NCBI RefSeq assembly: GCF_009834535.1
Contig: NC_045696.1
Location: forward strand, 109,866,001-109,930,000
DNA: 64,000 bases
Direction of reading: 5' to 3'
DNA from: Camelus ferus
Taxonomy: Eukaryota
Within the stretch, counting starts at the first letter, position 1. Each line of letters opens with the position of its first letter. The position numbers were made by a program, and so were the translations under genes. This document shows, one piece after another, positions 13,335 through 25,115 of the stretch. Under the pieces are notes generated by a model. It worked only from the letters and a program-made list of their open reading frames with translations, ran no database searches and was not told the DNA's origin.

Positions 13335-13590
13335 GACACTGATGGCAGGAATAGAAAATGGTGCAGCCACCGTGGAAAACAGCTCAGCAGTTCCTCCATA
13401 AGTCAGACAGAATTACTTTATGTCTTAGTCTGCACTTGGGCTGCTGTAACGAAATACTGTGGACCAGGTGGCTTCAACCACAGGCATCTACTTCTCAGAG
13501 CTCTGGAGGCTGGGGAGTCCCAGATCGGGGTTAGTGTTTGCCGAAGGCTGTCGGATGGCTGCCTCTCGCTGTGGCTCCCCTGTGCCGCGC
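13335..13590. mobile_element. L1 fragment joined to a partial MLT1A LTR
   Basis: aaaatggtgcagccaccgtggaaaacag...acagaattac is followed by tgtcttagtc...gctgctgtaacgaaatac...ctctggaggctgg. Confidence 0.75.
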
Positions 13591-14803
13591 CACTTCACTA
13601 ACAAGTTGCATTTTCATGTCACTCTTTCCAGAGTGTCTGGTTCCCATGAGTTGTTGCCTCATGTGACATAGGACCTCTGAGCCTCAGTTTCCTTATCTGT
13701 AAAATAGGAGAATACTTTCATTTTCTTCCTTCTGATCTTTTTCTTCTTTTTCTTTTTCCCTCTCTTCTTTCCTCTTTCCTTCTCTCTTAATTTCTTTTTC
13801 CCCCCCTTTTTAAACTGAAATACAGTCGGTATACAATGTTGTGTCAATTTCTGGTCTCCCTTAATTTCTTTCTCCTTCATTTTGTTTTTCCATTTTGTCA
13901 TAAACCTCAACCTCCTGTATTAATTTTTCCCCAGAAGATCCTTGAAACTGCACCATTGGATACTCCCTAAAGTGGCTTGAGAAGCCCTGAGGATTTTTCA
14001 GTAATGGAGACCAGAAGAGGAGGTGGCTGCTGATTAATTCCATGTCAGCCGGGGCTTTCTGTGCTCTGCATCTAGAATACGGCAGTTTCCAAGGTGACTG
14101 AAATGAGCGTGTGAGGATAAGGTGAGGGCCTGGAGTTACGAGCTGCCAAACTCGTAAACCACGCGGGCTTCCTCTGAGCCACTCGCCAAGCGATTTAACA
14201 ACTGACTTGTGGCAAAGCGTTCCAACCCTATTTAATGATCAGTGCACCTATAAATAAGGTTGTAAGAACACTTTGGATGGATGTTAATGTACGGGTTCAG
14301 TCCAGAGTGACTAAACCTTGAGTTGTTTTGACCTCGGAGAGCCATCAGAAATCTGCTGCGAGGAACAATCCTGCGGTTGTCCGTGGTGATGTTTTGTTCC
14401 TGTTCATCATGTCCTCGGGTGTGTAATTTACTCACATGATAATAATGTGCTGCTTGGCACTTGCAGTTTACAGAGTGCCTTCACACACACGTTTTCATTC
14501 GATCCTGGCAAGACAGGCATTATTACTGAGGTTTAGGGGAGACAAGTAACTTGCCCCAGGACGTCCAGATCGTGGGGGTTGGAGGTAGGTAGGGTAGGGG
14601 AATGGGATTGGCGGTGGTGGTAGCAGAGTCCACATTTCAGATAAGGACTATGTTGCTTCCAAATTGATCGTCCTTTCTGATTCCACCAAATCCTATTTCT
14701 GGTTTAAAAGACTTGAAACAATCAGTGACTCTCCTGTCCTCCAAGGGGCCAGCATATCGTGGTCCAGCTCCCTAGTCTCTCCTTCGATTGCTTTGTACTA
14801 AAA

Positions 14804-14933
14804 GTAGGCTTGCCAGATTGAGCAAATAAAAATGTAAAACACCTCCTTCAATTTAAATTTCACTCCTCTCCCCTCCAAAAATTTCAGATAAACTCTTTTA
14901 GTATAAGGAATTCCCATGGTATTTGCCAACTGT
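14804..14933. mobile_element. MER53-like hAT MITE
   Basis: taggcttgccagattgagcaaataaaaat...atttcagataaac...atttgccaactgta. Confidence 0.55.
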
Positions 14934-15262
14934 AACTTAAAATACTTATCATTAAAACTTTTTTCCTTTAAAAAGTTAATATGAATTACTTACAGAAAAT
15001 TTTGAAAAATCGGTTAAGCAAAAGGAAGGAAATAGAAATTACTCCTAATTTTACCATCAGGTAATATATAATGCTTTAATAGTAACTGTTAACATTTTGG
15101 TATATTTACTGTGACCTCTTTTCCCATGAATATCTTTGTATGCATAAATTTCTTTTTTAAAAATAAAAAAGGGGTTTACTGACATTACTACTTTAGACTT
15201 GCTTTTTTTTCACTGAATAATATGTCATGAACATCTTTCTGTGCCCTTATGTATTCTGTGAT

Positions 15263-15381
15263 TTTTTTGGGCAGGGGAGGTTAATTAGGTTTATTTATTT
15301 ATTTATTTTAAGGCGTGGGTATGGGGGACCTCCTGCATGCTAAGCACACACTGTAACACTGAGCTATATCCTCCGTACCTC
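15263..15381 (-). mobile_element. vic-1-like SINE (internally deleted)
   Basis: aattaggtttattt...gcatgctaagcac...actgagctatatcctcc; TSD tattctgtgat at ~15252 and ~15382. Confidence 0.85.
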
Positions 15382-16139
15382 TATTCTGTGATATTTAAAT
15401 AACTGCACAGTCATCGATTGGATGGTGTGCCTTTATCTAATCCCCTATGGGCAAATCCAATGTTTTATTATTATAGGCTTGTCATGAGCAACCTTTACTA
15501 AGTTCTTCAGCACATCCCTGGGGTACGTTTTTGGCACTAGAATTTCTAGGTCAAAGGATATGCAAAGTTTTAAGGTTTTTGTCACATATTGTCAAATTGT
15601 CCTCCAGAAAAAACTGTCCCAATTTACAATTTCACAAACAGTATCATCAGAAAGTGCCATTTCCTTGCATATTGTCAATATTGGGAATTATCTTTAAAAA
15701 CAAAACAAAATGATAAAATAGCCACTCTGATTCTGAGCTTGCTCTGACTCCATAATCACATTCAACACTCTGTCCTTACAGAGTCCTACATGTGATGTCC
15801 TACACGTAATGGTCTTACTTCTTTCCACTGAGCCTTCAATTCTACAAGAAGGGAGTAAATTGGATTCGGAACAGAAACTACTACCACTGTCCCATCACAT
15901 GTCCTGTCAGACATCAGGAATCCATCCTGCCATTTTTTCTGCGGAGTTTCCACAGGGCTTCAGAATCTTATTCATCCCAGCCTTGCAGGCTGCAATTACT
16001 AATGTAAAGAAAGTGCTCCTTGGGGAACTTTCCCTCTATAGAAGAATGTAGTTAATAAACGGAGAAACTAATGATAATTAGAATGGCAATGATCATCAGC
16101 GGCTGTTTGCTTCAGGTTCCCCACTTGGAAGAAGAGAAC

Positions 16140-17985
16140 ACCATACGGAAATATTGCCAAAAATTTGAACCTCAACTTGATCAAGCTTCTAGATTCAACT
16201 ACCAACTTGTGGGAAATAGAGAGAGTAGAGAAAATGTTAAACTACCCTATGAACGTGTAATCAGTGAAATCCAGACTGTGGGAAACTGTATAGGTCAAAT
16301 GACCTTTATTCTTGGAAAAAAAAAAAAAAGCGTGGAGGGGAAATCTTTATAGATTAAAAGATACCTGAAAGACATATCAATTAATCACAGCATATGAACT
16401 TTACTTTAAATTTTTATCACGTTTATTTATTTTAATTATTTTATTCATTTTTTAAAGCTTTTTAACTTAACTCTAGTTGATTTACAATATGGTGTTTGTT
16501 TCAGGTATACAGCTTCAGATTCTTTTCTGTAATAGGTTATTACAAGATATTGAACATAGTTCCATATGCTATACAACAAATCCTTGTTTATCTATTTTAT
16601 ATATAGTGATGTGTATCTATTGACCCCAAATTCCTAATTTATCCCTCTCCCTCCACTTTCCTCTTTGGTGACTATAAGTTTGATTTACTTCACTTAGTAT
16701 GATAATCTCTAGGTTCATCCATGTTGCTGCAAATGGCATTATTTCATTCTTTTTTATGGCTGAGTAATATTCCATTGTGCATGCACACACGCATACATGT
16801 TTGTATGTGTGCATACACACATACTACATCTTTATCCATTTATCTGTTGCACTTAGGTTGCTTCCATGTCTTGGCTATTGTGAATAGTGCTGCTATGAAT
16901 ATTGGGGTGCATGTTTCTTTCAAACTAGACTTTTTGTCTTTTCAGGATATATACTCAGGAGTGGAACTGCTGAATCATATGGAAGCTCTGTTATTAGTTT
17001 TTAAAGGAACCTCCATACTGTTGTCTATAGTGGTTGTACAAACTTACATTCCCACCAACAGTGTAAAAGATTCCCTTTTCTTCACAACCTATTCAGCATT
17101 TGTTATTTGTAGACTTTGTGAAGAGGACCATTCTGACTGGTTTGAAGTGATACCTTATTGTAGTTTTGATTTGCCTTTGTCTAATAATTAGTGATGTTGA
17201 GCATCATTTCAATGTGTCTGTTGGCCATCTCTATGTATTCTTTGGAGAAGTGTCTGTTTACGCCTTCTGCCCATTTTTTGATTTTTTTTGATATTGAGTT
17301 GTATGAACTGTTTGTATATTTTGGAAATAAAGCCCTTGTTGGTTGCATCATTTGCAAATATTTTCTCCAAGTCCATAGGTTGTCTTTTCATTTTGTTAAT
17401 GGTTTCCTTTGCTGAACAATTCACAAATTTTAAATTATACACCATTCTGAATAATATGATGAAATCCCACACCATCCCACTCCGTCCTGCCTGAGATATA
17501 ACTCATACCTTAGTCCACCGTTTCTGCCTGTTATTTGATTAGTAGCCTTCTAGGTTATCAGATCCACTGTCTTGGTTTTGCAGTGCTTGTGTTCAAGTAA
17601 CCCTCATTTTACAAAGACCACATTCACATAACTTTTATTCCAGTATATTGTTATAATTGTTCTATTTTATTGTTGGTTATTGTTTTTAATCTCTTACTGT
17701 GCCCTACTTATAAATGAAGCTTTAGTATAGGTATTTATGTATATATCGGGAACAACATAGTATATATAGGATTCAGTGCTATCCAGTTTCAGGCATCCAT
17801 TGGGGGTCTTATCATGTATCCCCTGCAGAAAAAGGGGGACTACTGATGGAGGAAATTGTTGGAGGTCTGGACAGAGACTGGCTGATGGTCATTGTTTGGG
17901 GCTGGGTAAGCAGTATGGGACTTCATTATATTGTATCTCCTTTAGATAAGTTTGAAATTCTCTATGATAGAAAGCTTAAAAAATC
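16140..17985. mobile_element. Nested block: old L1MC-like 3' UTR (+; ~16140-16405 and ~17846-17985), L1 ORF2 end/3' UTR (-; ~16410-17412) and MER44-like Tigger (~17413-17845)
   Basis: Minus-strand translations give degenerate ORF2 pieces ([42 protein letters not shown]). MER44 terminus ...aaagggggactactg. Confidence 0.8.
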
Positions 17986-18394
17986 TTCCCATGAGGTGAA
18001 TTGCCATCTCTCAAGTTCTCTAAGGACCATCTTTTACATTCTCTAGTGACTTTGAACTTTTTCTAATCTCATTCATAGGGAAATTGTGAAATAGCCTGTT
18101 TTTGGTGTTCTCCTATCTCTGCCTTCCCTACCACCAGGTGGGAGGTGTGTAGGTCAAACTTTCCCCAACCTGTTTCCCTGTCCTATTTCCTTATCTGCAA
18201 AGCAGTGACACAAATAAATATTGCCCACTTCCTGGAGCTGCCATGAGACTGAGGAGTCCATCTTCTCTAGCATCATCAAAATTGTGGTCTTCTTTCTCCC
18301 TTTATTATTATGTGCCATCTTTGGTCATGAACTAAGGTCTTTGAATTTCAGTGTAATTTAAACTTCATAGTTAGTTGGAAAGTAATTCCCTCCT

Positions 18395-18735
18395 CTTCAA
18401 TTTTCCCAAATAATTTGTATAGAAGTGGTATTATTTCTTCCTTACATGTTTGGTCAAATTCACCTGTAAAGCCATGTGGACCTGGGGCTTTCTTTGTGGA
18501 GAAGTTTTAGACTACGCATTCAATTTCTCTAATACATGATACTCAGATTATCTGTTTGTTCTTCAGTGAGCTTTGGTAGTTTGTGTCTTTCAAGGAATTC
18601 CTTGCTTTCATCTTAAGTTGTCAAATTTATTGGCACAAAGTTATTCATAAATGTCTCTTATCCTTTTAACCTTCATAGAATCTATAAGGATATCTCCACT
18701 CTCATTTCTTAAATTGGTAATTTGTGTCTGAATTA
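18395..18735 (-). mobile_element. Old L1 ORF2 fragment
   Basis: tatttcttccttacatgtttggtcaaattcacctgtaaagccatgtggacctggg, a typical antisense ORF2 segment. Confidence 0.75.
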
Positions 18736-19224
18736 AAGTCTTTTAGAAGACAGACATTCACCAGGAAGATAGAATTCCTTTGTTCACCTGAGAAAATCTA
18801 CTGAAGTTTGAAATTTTTGCTTTAACTCATTTTATAGAATTATTTCTTATGCTGAATTAATGTAGCAGAAGGCTTTTGGGAAGCAGAAAGCAGAGAGTCA
18901 GATGAAAATCTGATTTGTAACCAGTCTCTGTCATTATCAAAGGAGGAAACAGAGGTGGTGGGTCATCTTTGAGTTTTTTGCATTCTGAGTTAGTGTCAAA
19001 CAATCAGGTAGTTTTGGTCAGGGTCGCTGACTCTTACATTCTGGATCCTTTCCAAACCATTCAGTGAAGTACCCTATTATTTTGGTAGCATGTGATCCTA
19101 AATGATGTCACCACACCTGTTTACTTTCAAACACTGGAGATTCTGACAACATGGACCAGCTCAGATAGTATTTTAGGTTTGCTTTTCCAGGAAGAGCCTG
19201 GGTGTAGTTTGAAATAGGCAGAAA

Positions 19225-19610
19225 ACTGTGAGTTCTAGAGTGAGACAACCTAAATTCAAAGTTTGACTTTGCCACTCACTAGCTGTGTACCCAGGGTAAA
19301 TTCTGGAAGTTCTTTGAATGGTACTTTCCTCATGTATAAACTGGGGACAATGAGACCTACTTCAGAGTGCTCTTGGGATGTTTAAATGAGGTAATATATG
19401 TGTCTAGCACATATTCTCAACTTTGAGTGGATCTCAGAGCGTGGCCCCTGGACTAGCAGAATCAGTGTCACCTGGAAAAATGTTAGAAATATAAATTCTT
19501 GAATTCAACTCCAGACCTACTGAATCAGAAAATCTGGGGTGGTACCCAGCCATCTATGATTTAATAAGCCCTCCAGGAGACCCCAATGACCTGCCATGTT
19601 GGAGAACCGC
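19225..19610. mobile_element. MIR (~19225-19412) followed by MER5A (~19425-19610)
   Basis: tttgccactcactagctgtg...aaatgaggtaatat; agtgtggcccctggactagcag...ccagacctactgaatcagaaa. Confidence 0.75.
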
Positions 19611-19680
19611 GCGATTAGCACATTCTTTGGCAGATGGTAGAGCTCAAGATATGCTAGTTTTCTCTCCTTATTTATTCTTT

Positions 19681-19832
19681 CTTTCTTCTTCTTCTCTTTC
19701 TCCACCTCCTCCTCCTTCTCCTTTCTTTTTCTTTCTTTCCTTTTTTTTTTTTTTTTTGAGGTACTGGGGATTGAACCCAGGACCTTGTGCTTGCTAAGCA
19801 TGCACTCTACCACTGAGCTATACCCTCCCCCC
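19681..19832 (-). mobile_element. vic-1-like SINE with pyrimidine-rich tail
   Basis: gaggtactggggattgaacccaggaccttgtgcttgctaagcatgcactctaccactgagctataccctcccc; TSD atttat(t/a)cttt. Confidence 0.92.
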
Positions 19833-20298
19833 ATTTATACTTTCTTGATAACTATTCTTTCAGCTTATTCTCAACTCTCACACTCATTAAACTCTTCAAG
19901 AGTTAAGAGAGTCTTTCTCTGTCTTATATTCTTTTTTCTTTCTTTTCCCAAAGCTCCCAGTGAATGTTAGCATTCAGCAGGAACTCAGACAGTTAACTGC
20001 ATTTCCATGTGCCACATAAGGACAGAACTGCCCTTGGCCATCCAGTGCTTTACTTATTTATTTGACTTATATAGCACCTTGGCTCAATCGTGTGTCTGGA
20101 AGATGAAGTATTCAGTGTGCGTCTGGAGTGAATACCAATCTGGCTCTGACACCATGGACGTTGGGAGTGTAATGTCTTCCTCCCAGTGTCTGCCAGGCAC
20201 CACTTCAACCCCAATAAACATAAAAGCCTGAGCAATGTCATAGACCATTCCGTCTTGATTAAAGAAGAGATGTAATAAAAATTCATCGATTCACAGCA

Positions 20299-20398
20299 NN
20301 NNNNNNNNNNNNNNNNNNNNNNNNNNNNNNNNNNNNNNNNNNNNNNNNNNNNNNNNNNNNNNNNNNNNNNNNNNNNNNNNNNNNNNNNNNNNNNNNNN
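20299..20398. other. Assembly gap (100 N, probably unsized)
   Basis: Exactly 100 consecutive N. Confidence 0.99.
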
Positions 20399-21534
20399 GT
20401 TTAGACGTAATTATTTGGAAGTTCCCCAGTGACGGACACTTAGATTGTTTCCAGTCTTGGCCTGTTACGAACAACGGCGCAATCCCTCATCTTCCATACA
20501 AGGGACCATCTCTAAGGGGTAGATTCCTGTATGGAACTGCTGAAAAATGTAGGCATTTGTAATTGTGATGAACGTTTCTAAATTGCCCTCCAAAGGATTT
20601 GTAACCCGCTCCAGCACTAGTAATAACCTTCCTCAAACAAGGAGTGAACCAACTTGATCCGACAGTCCCTGACTCTCTGTAAAAACCTGTCTGGCCACAG
20701 TTGTGAGCACAACGGAAGGTCTGTGGTTTGGACCTTCTCCCCAGGGCAAGCTGGACATAATCTGACTCCTCCGCACACACTCAGGGCAGCAGGTCACTGC
20801 TGCTCCTCTTTGCTGGGGAGAAGGGGAAGCGCAAGGGATCGCCCTCATTTATCTGCAGCCCAGTCTGGGGAAATAAGTGTCTCCAAGCCACTGATGTAGG
20901 AGAAAATAAATTGCTTTCTCTCCTACGTCACTGGCTTGCTGGATTTGGTATTTTTACCACCTAGGAATACTTATTTACAGACTTATGCAAAAAAGTCCAA
21001 CCTAATTGACTGGCTGAGACACCCCGAGTCAAAAGGCTCACATCGCAGGAGCAGTTCTGCCAGTTCTTGCTGTTTGAAGGCTGTAAAGACTCAACACAAA
21101 TGTCCCTTAAAGGCCTGGGAGCAGCTGAAGGAGAACAGACGCCGCGGGCCGCGCTCTGACTGGTTGGCCCGTGGCTGTGTGTCTCTGGGCCAGCGCTCAG
21201 CCTCCCTGAGTCCCTGTCCTTGCCCACAGATGACAGCGAGTGGGAAGTGATAATCATTTGAAACTGCCTCTGGGGGTCACTACGAGGCTTCCATATCAGG
21301 TCAATCATGTGGAAACTTTAGAACCTCAAAAGCAGGCAAATACTGGCTGTCTATATTTTCTGTGTGTAGCAAGGAATAGCAGCCAACAAATGAGTTTGCA
21401 AAAGCCACCAGGAGCTGAACACTACAACCATAACTAGTATGTGTTAAGCACTTACTTTGTGCCAAGCACTCTGTTAACTGCTTTAAGTCCACATGTCATT
21501 TAGCCTTTACAACCCCGTGAAGCAAATGTCACTG

Positions 21535-21800
21535 TTTTTTTTTCCCCTTTTGGGAAAATAAAGCCATTTATTTATTTTTTATTTATTTATTTTGATTGAA
21601 GTACAGTCAATTACAATGTGTCAGTCTCTGGTGTACAGCACAATGTCCCAGTCACGCATATGCATGCATATATTCGTTTTCATCTTTTTTCCATTAAAGT
21701 TTATTACAAGATACTGAACATAGTTTCCTGTGCTGTACGAAAGAAACTTTTTAAAAAATTGTATTTTTATATATAGTGGCTAGCATTTGTAAATCTCAGG
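21535..21800 (-). mobile_element. Young L1 3' UTR fragment inserted into a MIR
   Basis: attgaagtacagtcaattacaatgtgtcag...; TSD tgtca(c/t)tgtt at 21527-21536 and 21801-21810. Confidence 0.88.
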
Positions 21801-22179
21801 TGTCATTGTTAATTCCATTTGACTTGAGGAAACAGGCACAGAGAGATGGAGCTATTTACTCAAGATCGTATGGCCTACAAGGGGCAGAGCTGGGACTCAA
21901 GGCCAGCAGCAGACCCCAGAGCTCGGCATTAACCAGCACTTAAGGCTGCCACTCCCACCTATGCGTCGACTTCAGACTCCCCACATTAGAGCTGTCTCCC
22001 CCGACGTGAAGCTGGATCACGCTAATACCCCCATTTTTGGTCAAGTCCTGTGATCAGTAGCCTTGTTCTTCTCCCTCTCTCTGGGGTTGGGGCCTGGCCG
22101 GATGGGTTGTGCGGGTGCTGGGAGGCAAGCGCGGTGGGTATCCTGGCAGACGGATGGAGTCAGAGTGGCCAGGGGGAGC

Positions 22180-23262
22180 CATGAGCTAGAGCTGGCTCCT
22201 AACACTCACAAGAGCCGAGTGCTGCGTTCTCAGAAATTTTGCGCCCTGGTTGTTACACGGCCATCATTCAAAATTGAATTATATCAACTTACAATCAAAT
22301 AAGTTATATTAAAAATGGTAATTAATGGGGGGAGGATATAGCTCAGTGGTAGAGTGCTTGTTTTGTATGCACGAGGTCCTGGGTTCAGTCCCCAGTGCCT
22401 CCACTAAAAAAAAAAATAAATAAATCTATTACCCTTTCCCCACAAAAATAAAAAATTTTTAAATTAAAATGGTAATAAATAAACATATCACTGGCTAATT
22501 ATTTTCCATTTTATCCTTACCTATGCTGTTGAGGTTTTTTACATCCATGGTACCCGTGTGGTGGAAATAACACATTATGCTGTGCCCTGCACATTTCTTC
22601 TCCATTCTGCTCATTTACATCAAGTTAGTAGTTTGAAATCAGCCAAAATTTACACCATTGAAATAGGCAAACACTACAAATCAGGGATTGAATGACTATT
22701 TTGTTGATTGTCTAGACTTAAGAAAGGGATGCAGAAAATGTTAATAATGCAGATAGAACTTAAAAGTGGGTGATTTCTGTGGCTATTGCATTGTGGATCG
22801 CACCAGAATTAGGGAATGTTCTTCCAGCATTTTAAAATTATTATCTGATTCACAAAGCAGTCACTCACATCACTGATGAGTGAACACATTAAGGTCAGCG
22901 AAAATTCACAGCAGAGCTTTCCTCATTCATCAGTGATGTGAGTGACTTTTTGCTTAGTCAGACATTAATAATCGAGCACTTTTCTGTAGTCTGATCTTGT
23001 GACATTACTGTTGATGACAGGATTGTAAAAATGGTTGGTGGATTTCCAAAGAAACAGCAAGTCACACTGAAGTTATAGGTGCAAGTGGAAAAACAAGGTA
23101 TTTTTATTTTAAAATTTGCTATTTCTAAAATTGTATAAAGAAAATGTCAACAGAAACTTTTATGTTGCCTTTAGGTAGCATCGTGAATTTGACTGGCACA
23201 TAAGTACGTATGCTTACATTTCCGGCAGAGAGCAGCTGTGAAACGTCACCAGCACAGCATAG
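22180..23262 (+). mobile_element. MER63-family (hAT-Blackjack) DNA transposon, long form
   Basis: gagctggctcctaacactcacaagagccg start; ttgaaatcagcc...aggcaaacactacaaatcaggg interior; gagagcagctgtgaaacgtcaccagcacagca end. Confidence 0.7.
22327..22465 (+). mobile_element. vic-1-like SINE inside the MER63-like element
   Basis: A and B boxes; TSD aaaatggtaat on both sides. Confidence 0.9.
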
Positions 23263-23489
23263 GTACAACTGGGCACGAAGGGGAGTCGGTCCCGTGCAAG
23301 CACGTTTCAAAGCCTTGGTGGACAGGTCTGGGGTGAAGCTGCTGGCCAAGGCCATAGCCCCAGCCCCAGCCCAGTATGCTCTGCCCCTCCTCTCACCCAG
23401 ACATTGTCTTGTGCACCGCGGCTCAGTGGTGTGTACTAGTCTCTGGAGGGATGAATCCCCATGTCTTAATTCCATTAGCAAGACGCCGT

Positions 23490-24110
23490 ACCCAAGTGCT
23501 TCCCAAACATTCTGGGACACCCAGCATGGTCTGTCACATATCTGAATACAAATTCAAACTATTTTTATTTAAACCAGTTCACTTTTTTTTTGTTTGTTTG
23601 TAACAGAAACTGTAGGTAAGTTCTCAAATTTAAATATGCGTCAGCATCATTTGGGGCATCTTATGAAAATGCAGGTTCTGATTCAGGGGATCCTGAGTGG
23701 GGCCCAAGGATCTGCATTTAAAACTTCCACGTGATGACTGGTCTTTGAAAGCCAAGTTCTGGATTGCTGCATAAACTGATAAAACTGTATCACTTGCCAT
23801 AGATAGAAGATAACTGAAAAATTAATAAAATGAAAACAAAACACTGTATTATTTGATGACGAATGTTGCCTGCCAAGCTGCTGAGTCTCAAAGCTGGCTT
23901 TCTCTTTGTTGAAAGGTGAGATTAATGAGTATAAGAGAAGGGTTAATAACCTCCCAGCACCAAATGGAAACTTTCTTATACTGTTTAATTCAGCTTGAAA
24001 GAGAAGAAGAAATGAATTTGATCACTATGAGTGTCAGTGCTGTTTTAGAGCATGTCCCAAACCTCAGATCAGCTTGCCACAAGTGACATTTGCCTTTCAT
24101 CTGGGGACAG
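23490..24110. mobile_element. Old hAT-Charlie element with a MER5-like insert (~23615-23760)
   Basis: tgttgcctgcc...ttctctttgttgaaaggtgagatta...agcaccaaa resembles Charlie-family sequence; subfamily uncertain. Confidence 0.5.
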
Positions 24111-24899
24111 TTCATTGCTTTAACTCACCTAAAAGTATTACGTATTCTTCCCCAATGGCTTTTCAGATTTATGTTTCCTCGTTTTTATAATAACTCTACC
24201 TTTGTTTCCATTTCAACGCAATGCCTTCAGGTGTCCCCTCACACACCAAATAGTAGGTGTGTGGTTCTAGCCCCCGAGCAGGGAAGGTAAGGCTGTGTAC
24301 TGTTCTCAGGGCAGTTGCTAGGATGTGTGGTGACATATGGATACGTTAGTCCCCAGACTTTCAAACCAGCTCAAAATCTTGGCTCCACTGTGCAGGAGCT
24401 AGACTGCCCAGGTTTGCACTCCATCTATGTTTCTTGGGCAGGGGAGCATGCTGACATTTTGAAATACGGTAAAAATTTTCAAGTTAAAATGTACAAATGG
24501 GTGTGTTGGTGCACATGAAGTCACAGGCTCACTGGTTTTGCAGCTGGTGAACAGCTTTATAAGAGCCTTGCTCCAATGCAGAGTACAGCTAACTGCCTTG
24601 CTCTTAAGTTTCTCAGACCCCACAGGATCACACTGACCTCATTATGGTCACTGTCACGGAGAAAGGGAAAGCAGTGGGCCCTGAGGGGACACAGGGGTCC
24701 CTGCTCTTATCCACACAGAAGGCGCAGATTTGTGGTCTGGAGAGATCCTGACGGGAGTCTGGCATAACCTTTTGGCCCCTCAGGGCGCAGCCCTCCCAAC
24801 CTCACACAAGATGTCCTTGGCTCATCCTTAGAAAAGAGGATGAATCAAGGCTCCCTCCACTTCATGTGATTTTCCAGGTCAGCCCTGCAGGTACGAGTG

Positions 24900-25115
24900 T
24901 TGATTCTATAGTCAGAACGTGTTGTTTGAATCCCAGCTCTGCCACTTTCTACCTGTGTGATCGTGGGTAACATAGCCAACCTCACCGAGCCTCAGTTTCC
25001 TCCTCTGTAAAGTGGATAAAGTCGCAATTCCTAGCTCATATTGGGAAGATGAAATGAGAACAGACCTGTCAAGAGCTCAGGACACTGTCTGTCACGTGGT
25101 AAACACTTAGAAATG
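24900..25115 (+). mobile_element. MIR SINE
   Basis: tttgaatcccagctctgccactttctacctgtgtga...gagcctcagtttcctcctctgtaaa. Confidence 0.8.

Noticed and set aside
16617..17494. Cluster of overlapping ORFs, including one of 156 aa
   Set aside because: Sense and antisense readings of a decayed L1.
20740..20830. Possible BFSP2 exon 5 or 6 remnant near the gap (tcagggcagc...ctgctgctcc)
   Set aside because: The minus-strand translation does not reproduce the phakinin peptide; only short chance matches.
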